Virus record (IMG/VR): IMGVR_UViG_3300008108_000037
Coordinates: 68,002 to 132,001 of that record
DNA from: a virus
Taxonomy: Duplodnaviria; Heunggongvirae; Uroviricota; Caudoviricetes
Strand: one strand, 5' to 3'
Length of the DNA: 64,000 nucleotides
Shown piece by piece: positions 55,018-63,700 of this stretch (within the stretch, counting starts at the first letter, position 1; each line of letters begins with the position of its first letter). The position numbers and the translations under genes are program-made. The notes under the pieces are model-generated. The model had not been told where the DNA came from and did no database searches. It saw only the letters and a list, made by a program, of their open reading frames with translations.

Positions 55018-55635
55018 ATGATAGTTCACTTTATTTGGGTTGGGGATCGAAAAATTCCTCAGCATTTTTTGTCTAATCTGGAAAAGTTTAAATCCTTAAA
55101 TCCCTCTGAAGAAATTCTGGAGTGGGACGATGAGCATTTAATCCCATTAATTAAATCTTACGGCAGGGAAGAACTTTATTTTTCTTCTGGTATTTTCCAC
55201 AAGTTACAAATTGCTAGATACACTGTTTTAGATTACTATGGAGGAATTTACATAGACTATGATCTGAATTGGAAAGTCTCAGTCAAAGAAGGACTAGGAT
55301 TAAGAACAGAAAGGGATCTGTGTTTAATTAAAAGAAGATCCCTATATTTCTACAAGAAAGAAGAATCAATCTTAAAGATTGATCTATTAGACGATTATGT
55401 AATTTTTGCTAAGCCTGGAATTACAAACGGGTTTATAGATTATAGCCTGAACAGGTTCCTAGATAAATCTAGAATCAAAGAATGCCAAACTGAACCTTTC
55501 AGCGTGTATTCTTTGACTGAATGGGTTCACGATTCACAATTCGATTTTGATTGTTTCGATCATACTGAGATATATGACAGCGGGGAATGTAAGCTAGCAT
55601 ATCATGATAACAAAAAAACCTGGGAGGGAAAATAA
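55018..55635 (+). CDS. GT32-like glycosyltransferase (sugar-binding region with DXD motif); start set after tRNA
   Basis: HFIWVGDRKIP ... YTVLDYYGGIYIDYDL matches the Gly_transf_sug/OCH1-type family; ORF-track start 54943 translates the tRNA and is rejected. Confidence 0.45.
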   Translation: MIVHFIWVGDRKIPQHFLSNLEKFKSLNPSEEILEWDDEHLIPLIKSYGREELYFSSGIFHKLQIARYTVLDYYGGIYIDYDLNWKVSVKEGLGLRTERDLCLIKRRSLYFYKKEESILKIDLLDDYVIFAKPGITNGFIDYSLNRFLDKSRIKECQTEPFSVYSLTEWVHDSQFDFDCFDHTEIYDSGECKLAYHDNKKTWEGK

Positions 55636-55637
55636 GA

Positions 55638-55949
55638 ATGCCGACTAAAAAAATAAAAGAGATAGTTAAAGAGTATAAGGATGCAACCGCCTTTGAGATT
55701 TTTGAGGGAGTTAGAGATAATTTTCTCTTTGGATTTATTGGAGCAACTTTGGTAGTTTTCATTTCGACCCGGTTAGATATAGGAGTTTTATTGGGTTATA
55801 TTACATATTACTATTTTATGGGAAGAATTGTAAATCGTCCTAAATACGTGACCTCCTTAGGAAAATTAATAGTTTTCCCCATTCCCTCTGCACTTGGGGC
55901 TTTTGCAGGATACAAGTTAGCTTATTATCTACATCTGATAATTCAATAA
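55638..55949 (+). CDS. small membrane protein
   Basis: Two hydrophobic helices (FLFGFIGATLVVFISTRL; LIVFPIPSALGAFAGY). Confidence 0.3.
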   Translation: MPTKKIKEIVKEYKDATAFEIFEGVRDNFLFGFIGATLVVFISTRLDIGVLLGYITYYYFMGRIVNRPKYVTSLGKLIVFPIPSALGAFAGYKLAYYLHLIIQ

Positions 55950-55951
55950 CT

Positions 55952-56024
55952 ACACCCGTAGTTCAATGGATTAGAACACTTGACTACGGATCAAGAAATG
56001 TGGGTTCGACCCCTACCGGGTGTA
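55952..56024 (+). tRNA. tRNA-Arg (ACG)
   Basis: Acceptor ACACCCG/CGGGTGT, D-arm GTTC AATGGATTA GAAC, anticodon arm CTTGA CTACGGA TCAAG. Confidence 0.75.
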
Positions 56025-56076
56025 CATTTTTTATTTTTAAAAAATCCTCGTAAATTTGATCCTAAATTAAAAAGCA

Positions 56077-56337
56077 ATGAAAAAGATTCTTCTATTCTTA
56101 TTAGTTCTAGGATTTAGCTATTCCGTATTTGCTCAGGAACCTAAAACTGTTGAAGTTACAATTCAAAAATTTAGGGAAATTAAAAAAGATTTGGAAAAGA
56201 GGAAAATTGCCTACTATATAGATGCTGGCATTATCCACACAGAAAACTTCGGTAAAGAACCTAAAGAGATCTTGATTTATGTTTCCAAGGATGAAAACGG
56301 ACTGAAACAGGTTTTAACTACTGGAAGTAGACCTTAA
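56077..56337 (+). CDS. small secreted protein with Bacteroidota-like signal peptide
   Basis: MKKILLFLLVLGFSYSVFAQ signal peptide; 86 aa. Confidence 0.4.
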   Translation: MKKILLFLLVLGFSYSVFAQEPKTVEVTIQKFREIKKDLEKRKIAYYIDAGIIHTENFGKEPKEILIYVSKDENGLKQVLTTGSRP

Positions 56338-57539
56338 TTATCAACCTTACCAGATCCATGGGTGATTCCCCCCGTTCCTATTCCTCCTGTGGACTGTACA
56401 GCGGAACCTACCTCAACATTTGCAATCGCACTATTGTATGTTTTTGGCATTTCTCTTAAGATTCTATTTACTATTGCGTTAGAAAGCACGTTCCAGTATT
56501 TGGGTAAAAATTCATCAAATTCTGGGTAGTCCTTAAGTGTTTTTGGCTGGTAGATCTTTAGCATCTCCATGATTTGGGTTTTTATAGAGGTGGGATCGAA
56601 ACTTTTGATGTCATTTGGCTGTGCACTTACAATTTTTTCAGCATATGGTTGGAGATCCACCTTATAAATTTTACTTAAATCCATCGGATAAAAATCCGAT
56701 AAACCAGCAAGACAATATTGAAAAACAACAGCTAAATAGTACGCCGGCGGTTCTTTTGCGAAAACCTTCTTCATCTCGCTAAATCCGAAAAACGAGCTAA
56801 ATTTAGAATTCCATTTAGCATTATTTCTTAAGAAATGAGCTGCTTTAATTCCATCAGCGATACTATCTCCTGAAACTACTATTTGATCATTAGAGCTAGT
56901 TTGAATTTCGTCTGGTTTTTGATCTTGTGATAAAGCTTCTTTGAGTTGATTCTCGAATCTTTTCACAAGATCGGCATATCCAGTTGAGATCCTAACTCCA
57001 TTTGCTTGATCATATTTTCCATTAACACTTAGACCCATTCCTTTTCTAGTGACCTCTCCAATTTTGATCATCATGATTCCCTCAAATGGAAACTTATAAT
57101 CAAACGAATTTTTAGTAACTGCAACATTCAAATAATGCAAAGCTCTTAATAAAGCTAATAATCCATTTCCCGAACCCTCGACTTCCAAAACTGTGGAATT
57201 ATTGAACGGAATCTTGACGGAACCGGTTTCTGTCATTGTGTATTTTTTGCCATCAGCAGTTATTGTTAAATAATCCATTCCTGCTTTGACTTTTTTCCCG
57301 CTCGTTACACTCTCGAATTTTTTTGCAGCCCCTATCTTTATCATCTCTTCTACTCCGCTTATTTTAAGCGAGGTTGTGGTATCCTGTTGAATACCTATAG
57401 GATTTGCAGCTCCCGCAAAAAGATTGTCAGTGTCTGTGGATCCTATAACGGCTATAAAACCTTTATCTGTTCCTTCCTGCTCTAAGATTGCATAGCTGTT
57501 TCTTTTTAAGAATTGATCGAACGTTTCTAGTATTTTCAT
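56334..57539 (-). CDS. hypothetical protein (possible virion/structural)
   Basis: 401-aa ORF with Gly-rich C-terminus; no motif recognised. Confidence 0.35.
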   Translation of the reverse strand: MKILETFDQFLKRNSYAILEQEGTDKGFIAVIGSTDTDNLFAGAANPIGIQQDTTTSLKISGVEEMIKIGAAKKFESVTSGKKVKAGMDYLTITADGKKYTMTETGSVKIPFNNSTVLEVEGSGNGLLALLRALHYLNVAVTKNSFDYKFPFEGIMMIKIGEVTRKGMGLSVNGKYDQANGVRISTGYADLVKRFENQLKEALSQDQKPDEIQTSSNDQIVVSGDSIADGIKAAHFLRNNAKWNSKFSSFFGFSEMKKVFAKEPPAYYLAVVFQYCLAGLSDFYPMDLSKIYKVDLQPYAEKIVSAQPNDIKSFDPTSIKTQIMEMLKIYQPKTLKDYPEFDEFLPKYWNVLSNAIVNRILREMPKTYNSAIANVEVGSAVQSTGGIGTGGITHGSGKVDN

Positions 57540-57570
57540 AAAGATATATATCTTGTAAATATTCGTTTAT

Positions 57571-58365
57571 ATGAGAAAAATACAGTCATTTTCACAATTT
57601 GTCAGCGAAGCTCAATTTGCTATAAGTGATCCCTCAACAGCAGGAGAGAAATTAGCAGGTGTCCTAGTAGCTAATAAAGACGCAAAAGAAGAACCAAAGG
57701 GAAGTAATAAAGGACCGGAAGTAGACAAATATCTACAATCAGTAGGATTAGGCCCAGGTTTACCCTGGTGTGCAGCCTTTGTTTATTATATTTTTGACCA
57801 GCTTTCCAAGCAACTTGGAACTTCAAACCCACTTCCTAAGACTGGAGGGGTAATGAATCACTGGAATAAATCAGACCAGGATGCAAAGATTACCATAGAT
57901 CAAGCTAGGATCAATCCAAATTTAGTTAGGCCAGGACAAGTATTTATAATGACCAGACCAGGTAAAGGATTGGGACATACTGGTATAATAGTATCAGTAG
58001 ATCCACAAAAGAAAACCATGACAACTATGGAGGGTAACACCAACGATCAGCTTTCTGGTGAAGGTAACAGAGTCGGAACTAATGTGAGAAAATTGGATCA
58101 AGGAACCCTAGTAGGATTCTTGGATTATTTTAAAACAAGTAGAACACCAGAATTTGAAGCAGATCTTTCTAAAGCAATAACAGGTCAAGCCACAGCATTA
58201 CCTCCTCTTTCAGCTGACGATGTTCCAGGAGACGATGTAGTAGGTCCGGTTAAAACCGATGCTGGAGGACAATTAATGGCTCAAGCTCTTGGTAATGTTG
58301 CAGCGGCAACTGCAAATATGGAAGCTCCTAGAACACCAGAAGAAGTTCCGGTGGAACTTAGATAA
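57571..58365 (+). CDS. CHAP-like peptidoglycan amidase/peptidase (phage lysin-type)
   Basis: GPGLPWCAAFV (catalytic Cys context) and KGLGHTGIIVSVD (His) then TMEGNTND, as in CHAP-domain phage proteins (resembles the TIGR02594 family, from memory). Confidence 0.5.
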   Translation: MRKIQSFSQFVSEAQFAISDPSTAGEKLAGVLVANKDAKEEPKGSNKGPEVDKYLQSVGLGPGLPWCAAFVYYIFDQLSKQLGTSNPLPKTGGVMNHWNKSDQDAKITIDQARINPNLVRPGQVFIMTRPGKGLGHTGIIVSVDPQKKTMTTMEGNTNDQLSGEGNRVGTNVRKLDQGTLVGFLDYFKTSRTPEFEADLSKAITGQATALPPLSADDVPGDDVVGPVKTDAGGQLMAQALGNVAAATANMEAPRTPEEVPVELR

Positions 58366-58400
58366 ATAGATTATTAAATACAAAAATATAATAAGTAGAT

Positions 58401-58697
58401 ATGAAACATCTTAAAGGATATAACGAAATAAGCGAAAGTTTTTTCGATTTTAATTTTGGAAGGCCTACCGCTACAAAGGCAGCTAAAGACAGTCTAAGAG
58501 GAACTGGGGTTTCTGGATATTCAAGGGGAGATCAAAATTACGGAGAAGCTCCAGATCCTAAGAAAGAGGTAGTAATTTTTCAAGGAAGGGAATTCACGCA
58601 GGATCAAATAGAATATGCTGGTTATAACGATCTTGGAGAAATTCCAAGAATTGAAGGAGATAAATTAATTATTGCAAATCCTGTTTGGGAAATGTAA
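58401..58697 (+). CDS. hypothetical protein
   Basis: 98-aa ORF. Confidence 0.3.
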   Translation: MKHLKGYNEISESFFDFNFGRPTATKAAKDSLRGTGVSGYSRGDQNYGEAPDPKKEVVIFQGREFTQDQIEYAGYNDLGEIPRIEGDKLIIANPVWEM

Positions 58698-58860
58698 TTT
58701 TTTTCTTAAATTTACACGAAACAAAAAATAACGTTTGATATATAACAAACATCTCATGAAGACTCAGTTCACATATAATTGCAACCAAATGCCTGAACAA
58801 GGTAATAAGGGGGATTATATGGATACGGATCTGGGTTAACATGTCTAAAATATAAATTGA

Positions 58861-58894
58861 AAAACCCAGATCCAAAAGGTCTGGGTTTTTCTTT
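58861..58894 (+). terminator. intrinsic terminator hairpin (copy 2) AAAACCCAGATCCAAAAGGTCTGGGTTTTTCTTTT
   Basis: Same AAAACCCAGATC / GGTCTGGGTTTTT arms as 52097-52135; directly upstream of tRNA array 2. Confidence 0.4.
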
Positions 58895-58898
58895 TGAT

Positions 58899-58970
58899 GG
58901 CGATTTGGCCGAGTGGTTCAGGCAGGGGTCTGCAAAACCTCTTACTCCAGTTCGACTCTGGAAATCGCCT
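58899..58970 (+). tRNA. tRNA-Cys (GCA)
   Basis: Acceptor GGCGATT/AATCGCC, anticodon arm GGGGT CTGCAAA ACCTC, T-arm TCCAG TTCGACT CTGGA. Confidence 0.75.
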
Positions 58971-58978
58971 CAGAAATT

Positions 58979-59050
58979 GGGGATATAGCTCAGCGGTAGA
59001 GCAAGCGACTGTTAATCGCTAGGTCATAGGTTCGAATCCTTTTATCCCCG
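58979..59050 (+). tRNA. tRNA-Asn (GTT)
   Basis: GGGGATA TA GCTCAGCGGTAGAGC A AGCGA CTGTTAA TCGCT ... TTCGAATCC ... TATCCCC G. Confidence 0.8.
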
Positions 59051-59054
59051 CATT

Positions 59055-59127
59055 TGGCCCCGTCGTCTAATGGTTAGGACGCCTCCCTTTCACGGAGGAA
59101 ATTTCGGTTCGACTCCGTGCGGGGCTA
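59055..59127 (+). tRNA. tRNA-Glu (TTC)
   Basis: GGCCCCG TC GTCTAATGGTTAGGAC G CCTCC CTTTCAC GGAGG ... TTCGACTCC ... CGGGGCT A. Confidence 0.75.
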
Positions 59128-59135
59128 CATTCGAG

Positions 59136-59208
59136 GATCTCTTAGCTCAATCGGTAGAGCACTACACTTTTAATGTAGGGGTTTTGGGTTCGAGTCCCAA
59201 AGGGATCA
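59136..59208 (+). tRNA. tRNA-Lys (TTT)
   Basis: GATCTCT TA GCTCAATCGGTAGAGC A CTACA CTTTTAA TGTAG GGGTT TTGGG TTCGAGT CCCAA AGGGATC A. Confidence 0.8.
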
Positions 59209-59297
59209 CATAATACCTTATTATAAGCTCATAGCTGAACTCTAATTTTTAATCAGATTTAGATACTATAAGCTAAAATAATCTCTTTAAACAAAGC

Positions 59298-59380
59298 GGG
59301 AGCATCGCATAGCGGCAATTGCAAGGGACTGTAAATCCCTCCTCTTACGAGTTCGGTGGTTCGAGTCCACCTGCTCCCAC
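59298..59380 (+). tRNA. tRNA-Tyr (GTA), bacterial type II
   Basis: Acceptor GGGAGCA/TGCTCCC, anticodon arm AGGGA CTGTAAA TCCCT, long variable arm TCTTACGAGTTCG, T-arm GGTGG TTCGAGT CCACC. Confidence 0.8.
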
Positions 59381-59463
59381 AAATCAGAAGCGGTAAGAAG
59401 CGTTACTTCATCAAAATTGGATTTGACAACAACACACGCTGATTAAATATTCTCTGATTTTAT

Positions 59464-59534
59464 TGCCCGATGGTGTAATGGCAGCACAAGTGGTTTTGGT
59501 CCACTTAGTCTAGGTTCGAATCCTAGTCGGGCAT
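59464..59534 (+). tRNA. tRNA-Gln (TTG)
   Basis: U1-A72 acceptor TGCCCGA/TCGGGCA, anticodon arm AGTGG TTTTGGT CCACT, T-arm CTAGG TTCGAAT CCTAG. Confidence 0.75.
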
Positions 59535-59539
59535 CATTA

Positions 59540-60196
59540 TTACCAATAATAGGATTCCCATTTAAATTTTTCAATCGGAGTAAATACTGGTTCTTTTGTT
59601 CCGTATGATGCACGCTTCTCCACATCATCTTTAGGATTTTGAAGAATTTGGAGTGCATAATCTACAATTCTGGGTCCATGAGGTAAAACGTGAGTAACTT
59701 TATATCGGGATGCAAATTCTTTCACCCTGTTTATTATTTCAGGTAATATCTCATAGTATTTTTCACTGTATCTTGATCCCCATGTTCTTTCAATTTTAAG
59801 ATAATTTTCTGAATCCCATGATGCTCCGGGGGCGTAAACCTTTATAGGGGAGAATTGATAAACAGTATCTATATACATAGGATGATAATAGGAGATAAGA
59901 CACTCAAGTTCTTCCAGCTTATTTCCTATGAACCCCTTTATATTTTTTTCCGCATGTTCTGCTCTTTTGATCTCGTCATTATTTAAGGTGAATCCCCCCC
60001 TCCACCCAAGATAACATGCATCAATTAATTTGGACTGATTTCTCTCGCTGAAAAGTTCCTCTATCTTTTCCTCGTTATAAATTGGCCCAGTTATTACTGT
60101 TCTATTATGGAGGATTTTTTTAAATTCCATCCCGAATAGATCTCTTCCTTTCTGAGAGATACCATAAAAACTCTCGTAAATTGTTAGATGTCTCAC
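59540..60196 (-). CDS. hypothetical protein
   Basis: 218-aa ORF on minus strand between tRNA arrays. Confidence 0.3.
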   Translation of the reverse strand: MRHLTIYESFYGISQKGRDLFGMEFKKILHNRTVITGPIYNEEKIEELFSERNQSKLIDACYLGWRGGFTLNNDEIKRAEHAEKNIKGFIGNKLEELECLISYYHPMYIDTVYQFSPIKVYAPGASWDSENYLKIERTWGSRYSEKYYEILPEIINRVKEFASRYKVTHVLPHGPRIVDYALQILQNPKDDVEKRASYGTKEPVFTPIEKFKWESYYW

Positions 60197-60269
60197 AAAT
60201 CTATATATTCCGCATTTTTTATTAATAATCCTCTTTATTAAATTTGGGATAGATAGGAAACACTTTTAT

Positions 60270-60764
60270 ATGAAAACGAAAAAAATATTAGTGCTAATTT
60301 TTCTTTTTTTAATTCCAGCTTGGGAATTTCAAAAAGAACCAGATTTTAAATTCTTCAAAATAATTCCGGAGGAGGTAGAAAAAATTTCTCATCAAAATCT
60401 TTATAATGAAATTATTGAAAGCGGAATAAAATTCCCCGAAATAGCTTTCGTACAGGCAATTATAGAATCCGGGAATTTTACATCCGGGCTTTTTAAAAAG
60501 CATAACAATCTTTTTGGAATGAGATTTCCAGGAAGGAGAGAAACAACTTCTATAGGTAGAAACAAAAGGGGATATGCAAGATACGAAGATTGGGACGATA
60601 GCGTAAAGGATTATTTTCATTGGCAATCCTTTTTTATGAGAAGGAGAGACATCAACACCAAAGAAGAGTATCTAGATCTTTTAGATGATGTGTATGCTGA
60701 AGATAAATCTTATGTTACTGTTATTAGAAAGAATATAAAGCAATACAAACACATTTTTGATTAA
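60270..60764 (+). CDS. mannosyl-glycoprotein endo-beta-N-acetylglucosaminidase-like peptidoglycan hydrolase (FlgJ-type glucosaminidase domain)
   Basis: AFVQAIIESGNFTSGLFKKHNNLFGMRF matches the glucosaminidase-domain core (AQAxxESGWG...NNLFGI); N-terminal hydrophobic segment. Confidence 0.55.
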   Translation: MKTKKILVLIFLFLIPAWEFQKEPDFKFFKIIPEEVEKISHQNLYNEIIESGIKFPEIAFVQAIIESGNFTSGLFKKHNNLFGMRFPGRRETTSIGRNKRGYARYEDWDDSVKDYFHWQSFFMRRRDINTKEEYLDLLDDVYAEDKSYVTVIRKNIKQYKHIFD

Positions 60765-60765
60765 T

Positions 60766-60839
60766 GGACCGGTAGTTCAGCTGGTTAGAATGCCGCCCTG
60801 TCACGGCGGAGGTCGCGGGTTCGAGTCCCGTCCGGTCCG
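60766..60839 (+). tRNA. tRNA-Asp (GTC)
   Basis: GGACCGG TA GTTCAGCTGGTTAGAAT G CCGCC CTGTCAC GGCGG AGGTC GCGGG TTCGAGT CCCGT CCGGTCC G. Confidence 0.8.
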
Positions 60840-60937
60840 CAAATGGTCAAAATTTGAGTAGTAAAACGGTCAAAATTTGAGTAGCAAATAATTACTAGGA
60901 ACTTTTAAAATTTTTTAGCATATAATTTCGGATACTA

Positions 60938-61010
60938 GCAGCGGTGGTGTTCAATGGTAGCACGCCAGCCTTCCAAGCTGGACGAGAGGGTTCGAATCCC
61001 TTTCGCTGCT
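60938..61010 (+). tRNA. tRNA-Gly (TCC)
   Basis: Acceptor GCAGCGG/TCGCTGC, anticodon arm CCAGC CTTCCAA GCTGG, T-arm GAGGG TTCGAAT CCCTT. Confidence 0.75.
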
Positions 61011-61077
61011 CAATATAATAAACCAGATTCTGTCTAATAATCACATCTGGTTTATTTAGTAAAAACAGGTTTAGTAA

Positions 61078-61150
<73 letters not shown>

Positions 61151-61185
61151 CAAAATATAAAAACAAGTATTTTTATAAATAGAAC

Positions 61186-62274
61186 ATGACTGATTATCTA
61201 ATAGTTGGAGCTGGACTTTACGGATCTATTGTTGCAAACGAATTAAAAAAATCAGGTAAGTCAGTTATTGTAATAGATCAGAGAGATCATATTGGAGGAA
61301 ACTGTTTCACACAAAGCATAGATGGTATTAATGTTCATAAATATGGGCCCCATATATTTCACACAGATAATCTAAGTGTTTGGAATTACATTCAAAAATT
61401 CTGCGATTTTAATCATTTTAGCTACAGACCAAGGGTTAACTATAAAGGAAAAATATATTCCTTTCCGATCAACTTACTAACTTTTCAACAAGTATATGGT
61501 ATCAGTTCTCCTGCTGAAGTCCAGAAATTACTGGAAGAGATAAGGATTTTTCACGAGGATCCAAAAAACATGGAAGAATGGATGCTAGATCAAATTGGAC
61601 CAGATCTTTATAAAATTTTTATAGAAGGGTATACTACAAAACAGTGGGGAAGATCTCCGAAGGAACTTCCTGCTTCCATAGTAAAAAGAATTCCAATACG
61701 TCTAACTTTTGATGATAATTACTATAATCATCCATACCAAGGAATCCCAGTTGGCGGGTACACACAGATTTTTGAAAAACTTCTTAATGGTATAGACGTC
61801 AGATTAAATCACAATTATTTTGATAATAAAGAATTTTTTGACTCTCTAGCAAAGAATGTAATTTACACCGGTCCGATAGACAGATTCTATAATTATGAAT
61901 TTGGAAAATTAGAATATAGATCCTTAGATTTTAAAACAGAACTTTTAGATATTCCGGATTTTCAGGGGGTAGCTGGGGTTAATTATACAGATTTAGATGT
62001 ACCATATACAAGAATAGTAGAACACAAACATTTTGAATTTGGAAAACAAAACCACACGATCATCACAAAAGAATATTCAAAATCGTTAGGTGATCCCTAC
62101 TATCCAATAAATGACGGAAGAAATCAAAAGATTTATGAAGTGTATAGATCCAAGTCCGTGGAAAATCCGAAGTTTAATTTTGGCGGAAGATTAGCAGAGT
62201 ATAAGTATTATGACATGCATCAAATAATCTCGCAAGCCCTTGATTTCTCTTCGAAAATTAGAATCAAAAATTAA
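61186..62274 (+). CDS. glf: UDP-galactopyranose mutase
   Basis: Near-colinear with bacterial Glf: YLIVGAGLYGSIVANELKK...IGGNCFT...HKYGPHIFHT...GYTTKQWGRSPKELPASIVKRIPIRLTFDDNYYNHPYQGIPVGGYT...VPYTRIVEHKHF...FGGRLAEYKYYDMHQ. Confidence 0.9.
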   Translation: MTDYLIVGAGLYGSIVANELKKSGKSVIVIDQRDHIGGNCFTQSIDGINVHKYGPHIFHTDNLSVWNYIQKFCDFNHFSYRPRVNYKGKIYSFPINLLTFQQVYGISSPAEVQKLLEEIRIFHEDPKNMEEWMLDQIGPDLYKIFIEGYTTKQWGRSPKELPASIVKRIPIRLTFDDNYYNHPYQGIPVGGYTQIFEKLLNGIDVRLNHNYFDNKEFFDSLAKNVIYTGPIDRFYNYEFGKLEYRSLDFKTELLDIPDFQGVAGVNYTDLDVPYTRIVEHKHFEFGKQNHTIITKEYSKSLGDPYYPINDGRNQKIYEVYRSKSVENPKFNFGGRLAEYKYYDMHQIISQALDFSSKIRIKN

Positions 62275-62876
62275 TTTTTGTGATCCTTGTCTTCGCAAAG
62301 CATTTCTAATTGTTCCCAGCTAAATTTTGGCTTTTCATTTAAAAAAACAAAGCATCTCCACTTTTTTTGAGACTCAAAGTAGATATGCTTTTGTAGGTGG
62401 GAGGGAATGGCAGCATTTGTCTCAACTCTTTTAACGGGATTGTCAAAAAATATTTTAATTAATACAGTGATATTTTCTTTATCGTCCCATTTTCTGATCT
62501 GCTCCTCCAATAATCTCCATTCACCCCTATTCAGATACTGATTTTGCATAATGCAATTAAGGTAAGAAAATGTTTGCTTTAGGTTTTCCATGTTGTCAGA
62601 AAATGTAGCAGCAGGTGCTCCATGTCCTTTATCATACACATTTTTTACATAATCATCAGCATCCGAAGTTTTGACTGATTTTTCTGTGTAAAAATCCATT
62701 GATCCCCTATTAACATTAGTAGGTCTGTTGGTTGATCTATATTTGATCCATAAAGGCTGCTCTAATTTCTGCGAATATAAAACTTCAAACACTTGATTTT
62801 TAATTCTTACTGTGTCTTGGGCTTTTAATACTACTGATAGTGATAAAAATAGAAGTACTGATAAAATTCTTTTCAT
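62271..62876 (-). CDS. secreted DNA/RNA non-specific endonuclease (Endonuclease_NS-like) with Bacteroidota-type signal peptide
   Basis: MKRILSVLLFLSLSVVLKAQ signal peptide; DKGHGAP (DRGH-type catalytic His block) and downstream Asn-containing NQYLNRGEWRLLE block. Confidence 0.5.
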   Translation of the reverse strand: MKRILSVLLFLSLSVVLKAQDTVRIKNQVFEVLYSQKLEQPLWIKYRSTNRPTNVNRGSMDFYTEKSVKTSDADDYVKNVYDKGHGAPAATFSDNMENLKQTFSYLNCIMQNQYLNRGEWRLLEEQIRKWDDKENITVLIKIFFDNPVKRVETNAAIPSHLQKHIYFESQKKWRCFVFLNEKPKFSWEQLEMLCEDKDHKN

Positions 62877-62878
62877 GT

Positions 62879-63697
62879 TTATTTTTTTCTTTTTAACTCT
62901 TTCATCGGAACATTTACATGTTTACCGAACGGCATTTGTTTACTGCTTATCATTGCCCAAATAATTTTTTTGTGCCATTTTGGTTTTTCAGGGTCGTGAG
63001 CACCACCGTCAGTAAAGTATATGAGGCAGGCAAGATCTTTTCCTTTTTTTAGAATGTTATCTTCTGCCCATTTTATAGGCGGGTCAAATCCAAGTTCGTT
63101 ACCACCCGTAGATCCCTGTTTAGAAGGATCTAATTTTTGAGTTGGGTATTTTAAATAATCTATACCATCTATGTCATCACTGCAATAGATTATCCAAATT
63201 TCTTCAGGAGAAAAAGCTTTAAGTATACTTCTAGCTTCTGTCAAGAAAGTATTATATTCTTCGGATCCTATACTTCCGGAGGTATCAACTGCAATTACAA
63301 CTGATCCAAATCCCTCTTCCTTTCCTCTTAGACCAGGAAGGTAAATGCCTTGACTAGCATATCTTCTGTTTGGTATTTTATACATTGTAGGTTCCTCGTT
63401 GGCAGTCGAAACGTATCTTTGTAATATTTTTCTCCAATTAATCTGTGGATTAGCTAATCTTTCAACGAATTTTCTAAGAGCCCCTGATCCTCCTCCACTG
63501 CCCATTCCTCTGTTTGCAGCATTGTTTACTATTTCTTTTACCTTGTCTTTTACAGATTTTCTTTCCTTCTGTATTGGTTTTTCTTTCTGTGGATTCCAAT
63601 CCCCCTTCTCTTGATCTGGCTTATCTGGATCCCCATCTTTCCATTCGCTTTCTTTTTCGTCAGAAATGATTTTGTATTTTCCTTTTTGTACGTACAT
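62879..63697 (-). CDS. von Willebrand factor A (VWA) domain protein
   Basis: VVIAVDTSGSIGSEEY = MIDAS DxSxS motif in VWA context; Lys/Glu-rich N-terminus. Confidence 0.5.
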   Translation of the reverse strand: MYVQKGKYKIISDEKESEWKDGDPDKPDQEKGDWNPQKEKPIQKERKSVKDKVKEIVNNAANRGMGSGGGSGALRKFVERLANPQINWRKILQRYVSTANEEPTMYKIPNRRYASQGIYLPGLRGKEEGFGSVVIAVDTSGSIGSEEYNTFLTEARSILKAFSPEEIWIIYCSDDIDGIDYLKYPTQKLDPSKQGSTGGNELGFDPPIKWAEDNILKKGKDLACLIYFTDGGAHDPEKPKWHKKIIWAMISSKQMPFGKHVNVPMKELKRKK

Positions 63698-63700
63698 ATT

